From positions 19,370 through 83,369 of the IMG/VR virus record IMGVR_UViG_3300034374_005671: 64,000 nucleotides of DNA; one strand, written 5' to 3'. The notes under the pieces are model-generated. The model was not told the DNA's origin and did not search any database. It saw only the letters and a list, made by a program, of their open reading frames with translations. Each line of letters starts with the position of its first letter. The first letter of the stretch is position 1. This document shows, piece by piece, positions 30,083 to 40,194 of this stretch. The stretch is from a virus. The position numbers and the translations under genes are program-made.

Positions 30083-33000
30083 ATGGCTTGTAGCATAATT
30101 AAAAATAAATCAGGAGTACAATCAGTTCTTGCACCTAATGGTGTTGAATCTAATTTATACCAAGATTTACTTAAATTACCATTTATAGAGGGGCAGAATG
30201 ATGCGCTCGTGTACCATAACAAAGCACAACAGTACGCAAAAGATTCTTTCTTTACAGATGGGAATGGGGAACCTGTTCTTATGTTTAGAGCAAGGTCTGC
30301 TCCAGACCAATTAGGCTTGATGGGCAATAAACTAGTTTATACTACTTCTTTTGCTGAAGCTTTGGCACAAGACAAACAAGGGAAAGGTGTAGAGGTAGGG
30401 TTTATGCAGAAGAGAGCTAAAGCCAATGTTCTTGAAAAGTCTAACACTCCTGCTGAATTTTTTAGAAACACTAGAAATGCAGGACTAGAAATAGGAACAG
30501 GTGAACAAGTTCTATCCGAACTAGCAGGTTCTAAGTCTGTTGTTGTTACAACATCTCAAAATGACTTCAAACCTATTGCTCTTTTTAATAGAGAGACTGA
30601 TGCTTCTACAGCCGCAGGGTTTGCCACTATGACAATGAATTCAGGGTTTGTCAAAAACGAAAAAGTTAATTTATCTAATTTACTAGAGGCACAACCTGCA
30701 TCAGAAGGGTCTCAGGTGGTAAATGTAGAAACAAGAGAAACTGGGGGCCAACCTTCTTCAATAAACGTTATCGTAAATGATAATAACGTTGCTAACATTG
30801 ATTTGCAACCTATGCTGAATGGTTTTGAAGTGCCACTGCTAGACTTATCAAATGAAGCATTCCCTGAGACTGTAGCGCATGACATGCTCAAGTTGGCTTT
30901 CGCCAAAGTAAAAAAACCTATCTATTCTTCTAGAGAACTATCTGAACAAGAACGTAATGTGTGGGAAACACTTGTACAGGAACAAGTGGCCACGCAAATG
31001 CCTGACGGTAGATATGTTTTAGAGCGCATCTCTGCGAAGAAAAGAAACAGCAAGAATCAAGATATTTCGATTGCACAATTAAAAAACAACGGGACTATAC
31101 AAGTTAAATTTAACTCATCAGACCCTCACTATGTGTATAAAGGGCAAGTGTACCGCAGTCAAGGAGCTTTAAATAAAGCAGTTAAATTAGATTTGAGAAG
31201 AGGTAATGTTAGCGTTACTACTCCCAATAATTCTTTTGTGTTTGAATTACAAGACCCTCTTTTTGAAGGGGTGATAGAAGGGTTTGCTGAGGAGATGTTT
31301 GGAACTAAAGACTTCCTTACATTTTTTGAACAGAATGGCAAGGTCTACATGATGATGGACGAGAATCATGCCAATCAAATATTTAGTGATGTTAAAACCT
31401 TTAAAAACCTCCAAGGACAAGAAATGGAGGTAGATGTACGAAAAGAGTACGAGAAAGTCAAGAAGGGAGGACAAATACAAGATATACCTGGTTTATCAGA
31501 AGCAGTTGAAAACATGCTCCTTAGAGATATGCAAGATGCAGCCCTAGAAGAGGCTAGAAGCCTTCTTGACATGTCAGAACAAGATAAAATGAGGCAACTA
31601 ACAGGGTTCCTAGATAGACTAGGAATTAATTTAGTTAGTTTAGACGATTATAAAAAGAGTTACGAACAGAGATTTGGTGTACCGTTAGAGGCAAATGGTT
31701 TAGCTGATATGCTTAACAAAGTCGTTGTTCTTAGTAATGAAGCTGATTTATCTGTTCTAACAGAGGAGGTTGCTCACTTTGCAATCGAATTCTTTAACGA
31801 CCAAGAAGTTCTTGAAAACATGCTCAAGAACATAGACCAAACTAACGCATACAAAGCGAATGCAGCTAACTACCGAGATGCGTATAGTAAAAAGACTCAG
31901 GGAGCAAAAGGTTTGGAGGGAGATGCCCTTGAGCGTAAAGTAAGAAAAGAGGTTCTAGGTAAAATACTTGCTGATAAAATACAGGATAACTTTGACCAAA
32001 GCAGTGCATCCAACTCAGTAGAAACTGGTATATTCAGTATTCTTAGAGACTTTTTTAATCGTTTCTTGGATATATTTACACCAAACAGAGGTAATGTACA
32101 ATTCTTTGAAGAGTTTGGTCAAACAATAGATAATATAGCTCGTGGGGTTGTTGACCCTAACCAAACAGGTATGTTTACTGAAAGGCAAAGTAATGAGTTT
32201 TACTTTAGCTTACAAGCTGACCCTACCATGCAAAGGCTTAGTCAGAGTCTTGCTACCTCAATGGCTTCATATCAAACAAAGTACTTGAGACTTTTAGGTA
32301 CTGAGAGTGAGGGACTGTCTAAGAGTAACCAAATGAATGAGATTGTGCAAAAAGCACTTGACCATCAGTTATTGGAAAGTAGTGCTCAGTTTTTAGGTAT
32401 CATGCGTTCCGATGTTGAAAAGGCTGCTGATATATTCGATAGAGCTGAACGTCAGGTGATAGAAGATTTAAGGCAAGCCAATGCTGGTAACCCACAAACA
32501 TCTGCTAATGTATCGCCACAGGTTAAAGCAAATTTAATTCTAGAAAAAATACCCACTCCTAATGTTATGAATCTAATCACTTATATGAGTGATGTGACTA
32601 CTGACTTGGATGTTATTGATGCCTTCTTAACAGATGCAGCTGCAAGTGACTTGTTTAACCCTAATGATGTTGTAAGGTTACAAGACCTATCTCAAGCAAT
32701 TAGAACACAGACTGCCCAACTGAGGCCCGTTGTGGATTCGGTAATTAGAGCTCAAGTAAAATCAGACATTATCGATTTAGCTAGACAAAAAGGAGCTACT
32801 GAATCTATGATTAAAGATTTGGAAGCTAAGATGTTGTCGGGTGCGGGTTTAAAGGATATGACAATGGCTGCTTCTTATCTATTCTCAGGGTCTGATATGA
32901 TTTCTAATCCTATATTGTCGTATGGCCTCATGGCTATAAGAGAGGAGCAAAATAACGCTAATGGTATGACAGAATCTTACTTTAGTGATTTTGTACAAAA

Positions 33001-36000
33001 ACTCAGAGAAACTAATATGTTTGGCCGTGAGGAAGAGTTTTTTGAGAAAGCTGTTAATGGTTCTTATTTCAGGAGCCCTATCGATATAGGAGCTTTTATG
33101 AAAGACTTCAATGATGCCAAGCAAGAAATAAAAGACAAGTACAAAGAGAAAATATCTAAACTAGATACTACAACAGACGAAGGAAATTTTAAAAGACAAG
33201 AACTTCTTTCAGAGCAAGCTGAAGAATTACAAAAAGTCAACGAGAAATTTTTGATGAGCAGGTACGTAGAAAAGCCTGACAACAGAAGAAGAGAAAGAGA
33301 CACAGTGAACCCTGTCAGCGGCCTTAAAACAAGAACGCAAGATGCTCAAAGAAGCATAGCTAAGTTTTCTAAGGCTAAAGCAGAGATATATTCAAGATAT
33401 AGAGACCCTGATACAGGAGAATTTGTAAATAATTTCTCTACGAGAGATTTAGATGCTTTAGATGAGATTAAAAAACAAATTAAATTAGAATCTAGTCTTT
33501 ACAATGCAGCTTTTAGACCAAAGACAGGTGGTGAGTTGGCCACTGCCCTTGACTTACAGGATTATTATGAATCTTTCCAAGGTGGTGAGATGTCGGAAGC
33601 AGCAAAAGATGCATACTACGTGGCTAGAGAGAAGGTCAAAGCAGAATATGGAGAAAATTCTAAAAACTTTAAAGCTTGGGAAAAAGTATTTTCTATAGAA
33701 ACTTATGCTGAAGAATCCGTAGAAACTCAGGCAGAACCTGTAGAGATAGATGAAGAAGCACTGAGAGATGCAAGTATTAAGTATGATGCTACTATAGCAT
33801 CTATAAGAGCTATGATAAACACTGAGAATATAGCTGAATCGGACATCACTCCTTCATTTCTGTATGAAGCTCTCAAGGAAAAAAGAAGAACTATTTTAGC
33901 CCCCTACAGGTCTGCTAAACTTAATAATGAGGTAGATGGAACTAGTTTTAGTAGAAACGAACTTGCTGTAGCAGAAGTTAGAAAGATAGACGAATACTTA
34001 TCTTTTTTAGTTGGACCAAGAACAAAGAACACCCCACGAGGTGAATTTGTAATGAATCAAGAAAGGACAAGCCCTTTCACATTCGAAGCTGTACCTAATC
34101 AGTCGTTTAAAGCAAAATTTTTGCAGCTATTGCAACTAGATAATGAAACAGGTGGCTCCCAACTACAAGATTGGCTCAGAACATTAGAATTAGCTCCAGG
34201 AAAATCAGATGGCGTATTCCCTATACCTAGAGATGCTTACTACGTTACGTTCAAAAAATACAAGGATGGCGTACTTGTTCCAAAAGAAAAAGGACCATCT
34301 TTCGTGTGGGAGAGTATGACAGGCGAATCTAAAGAGTTAAATCCTGATTTTAATTCTGATTTAATAGGTAAGTTTCATCAACCCAGTGCTTGGGCAATGG
34401 AAAAGTACCGAGATGACAAATATTTTGAATATTTTGGAATTAAAAAGTCAGTTGACCCTTGGTCAGACGTAGCTACTAGAAATACAGATGTATTTGACCT
34501 TCTTACGTACTACCAAGAAACTAAGTACGATGTTGATAGATATCAAGGGTTAAACAACCATTACTACTTAAGACCTCAAGTAAGAAAGATTGCTAATGAA
34601 AGACTTTATAAAGGTCTCACAGACCCATCTACTATTCCTGGCTCATTTAAAACTTGGGCTAAAGAAACATTCGTTATTGACTCTACGGATGAAGAATTTG
34701 GTGCAGCAAGACCTGATGGCAGCAAACAAGCAGTAAGAGGGTCTAGAGCAATTCCAAGATATTTCCACATAGAAAAACCACAAGAGGAACTCACGCAAGA
34801 TGTTGCTTACTCTATGGGTAGATACATGGATGCAGGATTTAGATACATAGGTAGGTCTAGAGCATTAATGAAAGCACAGATGGCATTGTTCATGCTAGAG
34901 CAGAATGTATATGCAGAGACTGGTCCTGGGATACTTAAACGTAAAGGTACTAGTAATTACGCACAGACCATGCGTGAGATGATTGATAGAGACATTTTTG
35001 GTAACTTAACTAGTGGTGCGCTAATAGGAACTGATGTTAACATAGGTGGTAACCAAGTGAATGCTGCAAAGACAGTCAAAGCTCTTACTAAGTATAGTAA
35101 AGGACTTCTCATGTCAGGTAACCCGTTTGTACCTGCTACTTCTTATGCTGCATCTAGATTGATGATTAGGGCCGTAGGTAGAGAAGGTAAATTATTCACG
35201 GAAAAAAGTAGACGTAGAGCAAGGAGGAAATATTTACTTGATACAGGTAAGTCTATTTTTGATGAAAATACAGGACAATTTATCCCTGGAAACAGAGCAA
35301 CTTTGCTTATCCAGTATGCAGGGTTGAAAAGAGACGTAGAAGAGATGTTCACAGGTACTACTCTAAGTAGGGGACGTAGAGCAGCAAGACGTTTTAAACC
35401 AGGTAATATTACAGGATTCCAAATATTTAACCAAATACAATCCGTTGAGGCTGTTACAGCTGCTTTAGATAACTTTAGGTTGTATGATGGTAAATTTTTG
35501 ACTCATGCTGCTTTTGTAAATAAATTACTTGAGGAGACTAACATGACTCGTGACCAAATAGAAAAACAATGGGATAAGCTGAGTGACAAAACATACGACA
35601 ATTTCTTGACTAGAGAGGGCGAAAGACTAGTTTTAAATAAAGAAGCACTTAAGAAAGAGGGATTTGACCCTAAAAGCTATCAAATGGTAGAGGCACAAGC
35701 AAAAGAATTAGCAAAAACAGCTAAATCTAAGATAGATGCTAACTTAGAGGGCTCTCAAGCTGCCCTTCTATCAAGAAGACCTGAGCTCGCTCTTTTCTTC
35801 CCTTTCAAAAATTACTTATCTGTATTTTTAGGCTCTAGGCTTAAGAGGGGAGGATTCGACCCAGTAACAGGTATCTATGATGAAGGGGTGTATAACACTG
35901 TATTTGGAGGTACGAAAGGAAAAGATTTATTTAAAGCTCTTGGTGCTATGGCACTATCTGCAGCAAACTTTAGTGCAGCTAACAACTCTGTGTTATCTCT

Positions 36001-36631
36001 ATTAGACAATACAGACCTTTCTGAAGCACAGAAAAGGAACTGGATTAGAATGGGAGCTGATGTTAGAATGTTTACCATCGCAGCACTGTCTGCTTACCTT
36101 CTAACTATGTTGGCTTATCAACAAGGGGCTGATGGTGAAGAAGATGATTCTCTAGCACTGAACTTTGCATCGTATATCGCTACGAGAGTGTACTATGAGA
36201 CATTCAGTTCAACTTTCTTTGGTACTGCTTTCACTCCTCAAGAGATTATGGGTCCAGGTGCAGCTATAGGTCAGTTAACATCTTTCCTTGGGGATACTGT
36301 TAAAATTTTAGGTTTTGACCCAACTGCAGAAGAGGATACTCGTTCTAAGGCAGAAATAGAAAGTGACAGAGGTATTATCAGTGTGCTTGGTATAGAATCA
36401 CCAAGTGAGTTTACTGGTATGATGGGAGAGTTGTTTGATAGATATGTTCCCCTATATTATAACTTACACCGTGCAATGGAGTATAGAGCTAATCCTGCAC
36501 AAATTAGGAAAACTGAATCTAATTACATAAGATACAGACCTAGTGTGTTTGGCCAGTGGTTATATAAGTCTTCTAAAGAAAAAGGTAAGGGTGATGAGGG
36601 TAAGGCTAAAATAGGAGGAAGTGCATATTAA
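30083..36631 (+). CDS. Giant polyvalent virion protein, 2182 aa (degenerate GNAT-like and zincin-like modules, hydrophobic C-terminus)
   Basis: N-terminus MACSIIKN..APNG.ES.LY..L, DGNGEP motif, YSSRELSEQERNVWETL GNAT-like tail, LTEEVAH zincin-like motif and C-terminal hydrophobic helices. Confidence 0.6.
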   Translation: MACSIIKNKSGVQSVLAPNGVESNLYQDLLKLPFIEGQNDALVYHNKAQQYAKDSFFTDGNGEPVLMFRARSAPDQLGLMGNKLVYTTSFAEALAQDKQGKGVEVGFMQKRAKANVLEKSNTPAEFFRNTRNAGLEIGTGEQVLSELAGSKSVVVTTSQNDFKPIALFNRETDASTAAGFATMTMNSGFVKNEKVNLSNLLEAQPASEGSQVVNVETRETGGQPSSINVIVNDNNVANIDLQPMLNGFEVPLLDLSNEAFPETVAHDMLKLAFAKVKKPIYSSRELSEQERNVWETLVQEQVATQMPDGRYVLERISAKKRNSKNQDISIAQLKNNGTIQVKFNSSDPHYVYKGQVYRSQGALNKAVKLDLRRGNVSVTTPNNSFVFELQDPLFEGVIEGFAEEMFGTKDFLTFFEQNGKVYMMMDENHANQIFSDVKTFKNLQGQEMEVDVRKEYEKVKKGGQIQDIPGLSEAVENMLLRDMQDAALEEARSLLDMSEQDKMRQLTGFLDRLGINLVSLDDYKKSYEQRFGVPLEANGLADMLNKVVVLSNEADLSVLTEEVAHFAIEFFNDQEVLENMLKNIDQTNAYKANAANYRDAYSKKTQGAKGLEGDALERKVRKEVLGKILADKIQDNFDQSSASNSVETGIFSILRDFFNRFLDIFTPNRGNVQFFEEFGQTIDNIARGVVDPNQTGMFTERQSNEFYFSLQADPTMQRLSQSLATSMASYQTKYLRLLGTESEGLSKSNQMNEIVQKALDHQLLESSAQFLGIMRSDVEKAADIFDRAERQVIEDLRQANAGNPQTSANVSPQVKANLILEKIPTPNVMNLITYMSDVTTDLDVIDAFLTDAAASDLFNPNDVVRLQDLSQAIRTQTAQLRPVVDSVIRAQVKSDIIDLARQKGATESMIKDLEAKMLSGAGLKDMTMAASYLFSGSDMISNPILSYGLMAIREEQNNANGMTESYFSDFVQKLRETNMFGREEEFFEKAVNGSYFRSPIDIGAFMKDFNDAKQEIKDKYKEKISKLDTTTDEGNFKRQELLSEQAEELQKVNEKFLMSRYVEKPDNRRRERDTVNPVSGLKTRTQDAQRSIAKFSKAKAEIYSRYRDPDTGEFVNNFSTRDLDALDEIKKQIKLESSLYNAAFRPKTGGELATALDLQDYYESFQGGEMSEAAKDAYYVAREKVKAEYGENSKNFKAWEKVFSIETYAEESVETQAEPVEIDEEALRDASIKYDATIASIRAMINTENIAESDITPSFLYEALKEKRRTILAPYRSAKLNNEVDGTSFSRNELAVAEVRKIDEYLSFLVGPRTKNTPRGEFVMNQERTSPFTFEAVPNQSFKAKFLQLLQLDNETGGSQLQDWLRTLELAPGKSDGVFPIPRDAYYVTFKKYKDGVLVPKEKGPSFVWESMTGESKELNPDFNSDLIGKFHQPSAWAMEKYRDDKYFEYFGIKKSVDPWSDVATRNTDVFDLLTYYQETKYDVDRYQGLNNHYYLRPQVRKIANERLYKGLTDPSTIPGSFKTWAKETFVIDSTDEEFGAARPDGSKQAVRGSRAIPRYFHIEKPQEELTQDVAYSMGRYMDAGFRYIGRSRALMKAQMALFMLEQNVYAETGPGILKRKGTSNYAQTMREMIDRDIFGNLTSGALIGTDVNIGGNQVNAAKTVKALTKYSKGLLMSGNPFVPATSYAASRLMIRAVGREGKLFTEKSRRRARRKYLLDTGKSIFDENTGQFIPGNRATLLIQYAGLKRDVEEMFTGTTLSRGRRAARRFKPGNITGFQIFNQIQSVEAVTAALDNFRLYDGKFLTHAAFVNKLLEETNMTRDQIEKQWDKLSDKTYDNFLTREGERLVLNKEALKKEGFDPKSYQMVEAQAKELAKTAKSKIDANLEGSQAALLSRRPELALFFPFKNYLSVFLGSRLKRGGFDPVTGIYDEGVYNTVFGGTKGKDLFKALGAMALSAANFSAANNSVLSLLDNTDLSEAQKRNWIRMGADVRMFTIAALSAYLLTMLAYQQGADGEEDDSLALNFASYIATRVYYETFSSTFFGTAFTPQEIMGPGAAIGQLTSFLGDTVKILGFDPTAEEDTRSKAEIESDRGIISVLGIESPSEFTGMMGELFDRYVPLYYNLHRAMEYRANPAQIRKTESNYIRYRPSVFGQWLYKSSKEKGKGDEGKAKIGGSAY

Positions 36632-36662
36632 ATCTCTCTTTATCACAATCTAAATTACAATT

Positions 36663-36770
36663 ATGAGTTGGGGAAAAGCAATGTGGAAGTTATATCTTTT
36701 TTGCTGGGCATTGATGGCAGGACTTCTAGGCACGATGACTTACGTAGCCCTTAAACATTTTATATTTTAG
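36663..36770 (+). CDS. Small single-TM protein (35 aa)
   Basis: Translated by hand as MSWGKAMWKLYLFCWALMAGLLGTMTYVALKHFIF. It fills the gap between the last structural gene and the terminator. Confidence 0.45.
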   Translation: MSWGKAMWKLYLFCWALMAGLLGTMTYVALKHFIF

Positions 36771-36774
36771 GCAT

Positions 36775-36799
36775 AAAAAAAGGGGAGCTTTCGCTCCCC
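36775..36799 (-). terminator. Intrinsic terminator at the convergence of the two arms
   Basis: GGGGAGC-GAAA-GCTCCCC stem-loop followed by T8 on the - strand. Confidence 0.85.
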
Positions 36800-36823
36800 A
36801 CACACTGGAAAAAGATGATAAGC

Positions 36824-37219
36824 TTAGGCTTCAGTAGTAGCCTCTGCTTGTTGGTTTTCAGCTTCCTCAGCTTCCATAGCTTTAGTCTGCATAGCTTTCT
36901 TATAATCATCGAAATTCATCGTATGACCGTCCTCAAAGAAACGTCTGTGCATAGTACGATAAATCATACCATATAACTCAGCGATTGGTTGAGCGTAAGG
37001 TTGCATAAAGTGCCCGATAGGTTGGTTATTTTCACCGAACACTGCTTGGGTATTGTCATGGAGAAACTTCTCCAATCTACCCTTAATCTGCATCATCTCT
37101 GCACCATACATAGTAAGCTCCGTGTCGGGAGCATACATTTCCTGTTCGATAGCTTCATAATTGAAGTCATCATTTTGGGGAGTTGCCCCGTTCTGTGAAG
37201 TCTTTACTTCAGTTGCCAT
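36824..37219 (-). CDS. Hypothetical protein (131 aa)
   Basis: ATG-start ORF, last gene of the - arm before the terminator. Confidence 0.6.
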   Translation of the reverse strand: MATEVKTSQNGATPQNDDFNYEAIEQEMYAPDTELTMYGAEMMQIKGRLEKFLHDNTQAVFGENNQPIGHFMQPYAQPIAELYGMIYRTMHRRFFEDGHTMNFDDYKKAMQTKAMEAEEAENQQAEATTEA

Positions 37220-37249
37220 AATAATTGGTTTAAATTAAAAAATACAAAT

Positions 37250-38248
37250 CTACAAAATATCATTCAATGTATCATCAACTTGTTGAGGATTTTTTTCTTC
37301 CTCTTCAGGTTGCCTAACATCAAACAACTTCTCTACCCACACATCTTCGAATCCTTCCATATCTTCGATATCTCTAGACTTCAACATGTGATAGAAATAA
37401 TTCCCTTCAGGGATAAAATGGTTATACTTACCACCACCTTCTTCTATGAACTGCTCGTCAACGTACTGATAGGCGAACTTAGAGAACACCATGTACTTTC
37501 CTGTGGCTCCAACCTTGTAAGGGTTGTATACCGCTAATACCAAGTCAGACAACTGAAACAATTGGTCTGACCCGTAGAAGTCTAGTTGGCGTGGTGCCTC
37601 TGATGGGTGGTTGCCAACTCTATCGAGTAAATCTCTTTTGAGCTGCATCAGAGGTAGGAAGAATACATATGGGTGGTTTTTCTTGAGTTTGTTCATTTCT
37701 TCGAACAAAGCATCTATTTCTCCTTTTTCCCTTCCTTTTACCAAGCCAACGTGGTCGATGGTAATCATTACCTTCTTGTCTATATTAGATTGCAAAAACT
37801 CTGCCACCTCATCTCCGAACTGACGAGCTGTCACAGGTTCCTCATAATAGTACAATCCATCCCTCCTTTCTTGCTCACAGATGTCTTTTATGACTGTCAA
37901 GTTGTCTCCGTGTGGAGTATTGAACAGCACTTCTGACATCTTCATATCCGTCTTCTGCGTAATCTTCCTCAAAAGAAGCTTGTATACAGCAGACTCCCAA
38001 TTACATCTCAATAGAACGACATCAGTATTATTATCAATAACACTGTTCTCAATCTTCTGCATCAGGTACGTCTTACCGTGATTAGACAAACCTCCGATAG
38101 TCATTATCGTAGAAGGGAGAAACCCTCCAAGCAAGTGCCTATCTAACCACTCAAATCCTGTAGATATAGGAGCAATCTCTCCTGTCTGAAACTTGGCTAT
38201 ACTTCTTACAGCCTCATCTGTCTTCTCCTTAGCTGATTTAATTGGCAT
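37250..38248 (-). CDS. dnaB: Replicative DnaB-like (SF4) helicase
   Basis: ISTGF.WLD..LLGG, Walker A GGLSNHGKT, Walker B ITIDHVGL, QLKR and DFYGSDQL..LSD motifs. The start is probably ATG 38248 (MPIKS), overlapping the upstream stop. Confidence 0.85.
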   Translation of the reverse strand: MPIKSAKEKTDEAVRSIAKFQTGEIAPISTGFEWLDRHLLGGFLPSTIMTIGGLSNHGKTYLMQKIENSVIDNNTDVVLLRCNWESAVYKLLLRKITQKTDMKMSEVLFNTPHGDNLTVIKDICEQERRDGLYYYEEPVTARQFGDEVAEFLQSNIDKKVMITIDHVGLVKGREKGEIDALFEEMNKLKKNHPYVFFLPLMQLKRDLLDRVGNHPSEAPRQLDFYGSDQLFQLSDLVLAVYNPYKVGATGKYMVFSKFAYQYVDEQFIEEGGGKYNHFIPEGNYFYHMLKSRDIEDMEGFEDVWVEKLFDVRQPEEEEKNPQQVDDTLNDIL

Positions 38249-38777
38249 TGGCTTTACATTTTGTGTAGAGTCTGCTATCATCGATAGAAAACTTCCTAGC
38301 GTATGCATTCGAAGGCTTCCAAATAAACAAGTCTAATCTAGCCGTGTATTCGGGGTCTGTCTGCATAAGATACTCCTCTACTGTTTCAACAATATGGTCA
38401 AAGGTAAACAAATTTTTTGTTTCTTCAACAAACTGAGCAAACATTTTTAGTGCCTTGTTAGCACTACCCACGTTACGCCCATAGTCTTTGTATAGCTGTA
38501 CTAATCTTAGGAAGGTAGCTTTTATCTCATCACTAATTCCTGCTGTACCAACATCTCTTAGAAAGCCATTACCTTTTTTAGTTATCTTATACCAATTATC
38601 TTTCTTACGAGGTTCCACTAAACCTTCTCTAAGAAGAAGGCTCATATACTTCTCGACATGGTCAGAATCCATCCACAGCTTATCACAGTCGTTCTGTTTG
38701 ACTGCAATAAGGAGAACAAATGAAGGATATGTCATCTGTGCTTTGTCGAGAACATCAAAGTTTATGTACATACTCAA
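38238..38777 (-). CDS. Hypothetical protein with winged-helix-like N-terminus (possible initiator/helicase loader)
   Basis: LLREGLVE...WYKITKKG wing motif. Translationally coupled to dnaB. Confidence 0.45.
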   Translation of the reverse strand: MSMYINFDVLDKAQMTYPSFVLLIAVKQNDCDKLWMDSDHVEKYMSLLLREGLVEPRKKDNWYKITKKGNGFLRDVGTAGISDEIKATFLRLVQLYKDYGRNVGSANKALKMFAQFVEETKNLFTFDHIVETVEEYLMQTDPEYTARLDLFIWKPSNAYARKFSIDDSRLYTKCKANAN

Positions 38778-38863
38778 TCTTTTTTATCGGGAAATAGGTA
38801 ATCAACTAGAGCTATCACTCCAAATACAATCACAATTATCCCACCTATTACTAAAAGTTCCAT
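38774..38863 (-). CDS. 29-aa single-TM peptide (possible holin-like or lysis accessory)
   Basis: Translated by hand as MELLVIGGIIVIVFGVIALVDYLFPDKKD. It fills the gap directly downstream of the endolysin. Confidence 0.45.
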   Translation of the reverse strand: MELLVIGGIIVIVFGVIALVDYLFPDKKD

Positions 38864-38872
38864 TACTATAAT

Positions 38873-39754
38873 CTATAAACTAACTAACATGTCCATCATC
38901 TCCTGTTGGGGATGAATATCACACTTACCTGTGTTTGTGTTTGTATGGGATAGCACACCCTTAATCAAACCTCTGTACGCTTCTTCTTTCCATTCAAAAG
39001 CCTTAGCACCTTCCTTCTTAATCCATCTAGGAAGTCCCTCACGGATATCAATACCATCTCTCTCAGCAATGAAGTATAACCACTCCCGAACTTTCTCTAT
39101 CTGTGCATCTGAGAACCTGTGCCACTGACTCATACCTTTGAAAGGTTCAGCTAAAGTTACAAATTGAGAAGGGTCTGCTTTTACCCCTGCCCAAGTCTTA
39201 CCTTCTTTAAGATAACCCCAGTTGCAAATTTCTAATCCTACAGAATGCTCGTGCATATACTGAGAACCATTTCTACCGATGTGCCAAGCATACGCTCCTG
39301 ATGGGAATGCCTGTACCATTCTGCCATCGTATGTATCATCGTCACCCTTAATAGAAGGACCTCCCAAAACAAACTCAGTTGCAATACGTCCTCTACTATC
39401 TCTGCCCCAATGGTCAATACACTTGTAAGGGTTATGCCATCCTGCTGTAAAGTGCAAGAACGCATACTCCTTTGTGGTAGGACCGTTTAGATACTCTCCT
39501 GTGGGCAGGTAATGAGTATCATAAGCAAACTTCGAGTCGATAGCTTTATCTACGGTCAAATCCGTATCTAGCAGACTCATCGCCTCTAGTGTCTTAGGAC
39601 CAACAATCCCATCAACTACTAAACCTCTGACCTTTTGAAAGGTCTTTACTGCATCCTCTGTTTGAGGACCAAATATGCCATCTACATCGATAGCACCCAA
39701 AAAGGACTGAATTTCCATTACCATTCGTCCTCTACTTCCCATTCTATAAACCAT
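38873..39754 (-). CDS. Endolysin: PG-binding domain plus N-acetylmuramoyl-L-alanine amidase (Amidase_2)
   Basis: PG_binding_1 motif DGIFGPQTEDAVKTFQ...DGIVGPKT. Amidase motifs LHFTAG, SVGLEICNWG and SH.....KCD. Confidence 0.85.
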   Translation of the reverse strand: MVYRMGSRGRMVMEIQSFLGAIDVDGIFGPQTEDAVKTFQKVRGLVVDGIVGPKTLEAMSLLDTDLTVDKAIDSKFAYDTHYLPTGEYLNGPTTKEYAFLHFTAGWHNPYKCIDHWGRDSRGRIATEFVLGGPSIKGDDDTYDGRMVQAFPSGAYAWHIGRNGSQYMHEHSVGLEICNWGYLKEGKTWAGVKADPSQFVTLAEPFKGMSQWHRFSDAQIEKVREWLYFIAERDGIDIREGLPRWIKKEGAKAFEWKEEAYRGLIKGVLSHTNTNTGKCDIHPQQEMMDMLVSL

Positions 39755-40007
39755 GATTGTAATCTTTATAAGTTATTGAAATCAGTTTATCTAAATAAAC
39801 TCTTGCCTTCTCTAAATCCTCCAAACCATTCTTAGATTTGTGGCGAGTCACGTACTTGATAATATTCCCTTCGAAGAAATCCAAGTTGTGAGCTGCGATA
39901 TAATCCCAAGTTTCTATGTTCTTGTTGTAGAACTTAGGATGTGTAGTGCCACTCCTCTTTGGGCTGTGTGGATTATCCATTAAAGGGTCTCTAGTGTTTT
40001 GTCCCAT
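39744..40007 (-). CDS. DUF3310 (T7 gp1.7/SaV-like) protein
   Basis: HP.FY..IE.WDYI....LDFFEGNIIKYV.R...KNGLEDLEKA..YL signature. The start is probably ATG 40007. Confidence 0.8.
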   Translation of the reverse strand: MGQNTRDPLMDNPHSPKRSGTTHPKFYNKNIETWDYIAAHNLDFFEGNIIKYVTRHKSKNGLEDLEKARVYLDKLISITYKDYNHGL

Positions 40008-40008
40008 A

Positions 40009-40194
40009 CTATTTATTCTTTGCGACACTATACTCAGTATTGTTGTCTGCGTTAACATTCAAGAGGTCTACTAGTTTTTTAGCCTCTTCTTTCGATTCTA
40101 AGTTTAGTACAACTCCCAAACTGTCTAACAAATATACGCTAGAAGAAGGTAATTGAGAGTGTACTTTAACTTTTTTTATGATTTTATATCCCAT
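40009..40194 (-). CDS. Hypothetical protein (61 aa)
   Basis: ORF tightly packed between its neighbours. Confidence 0.5.
   Translation of the reverse strand: MGYKIIKKVKVHSQLPSSSVYLLDSLGVVLNLESKEEAKKLVDLLNVNADNNTEYSVAKNK

Noticed and set aside
913-36078. Many short antisense or alternative-frame ORFs inside the structural genes
   Set aside because: They are shadows of biased coding sequence (S/L/F-rich), have no motifs and are fully nested in long genes.
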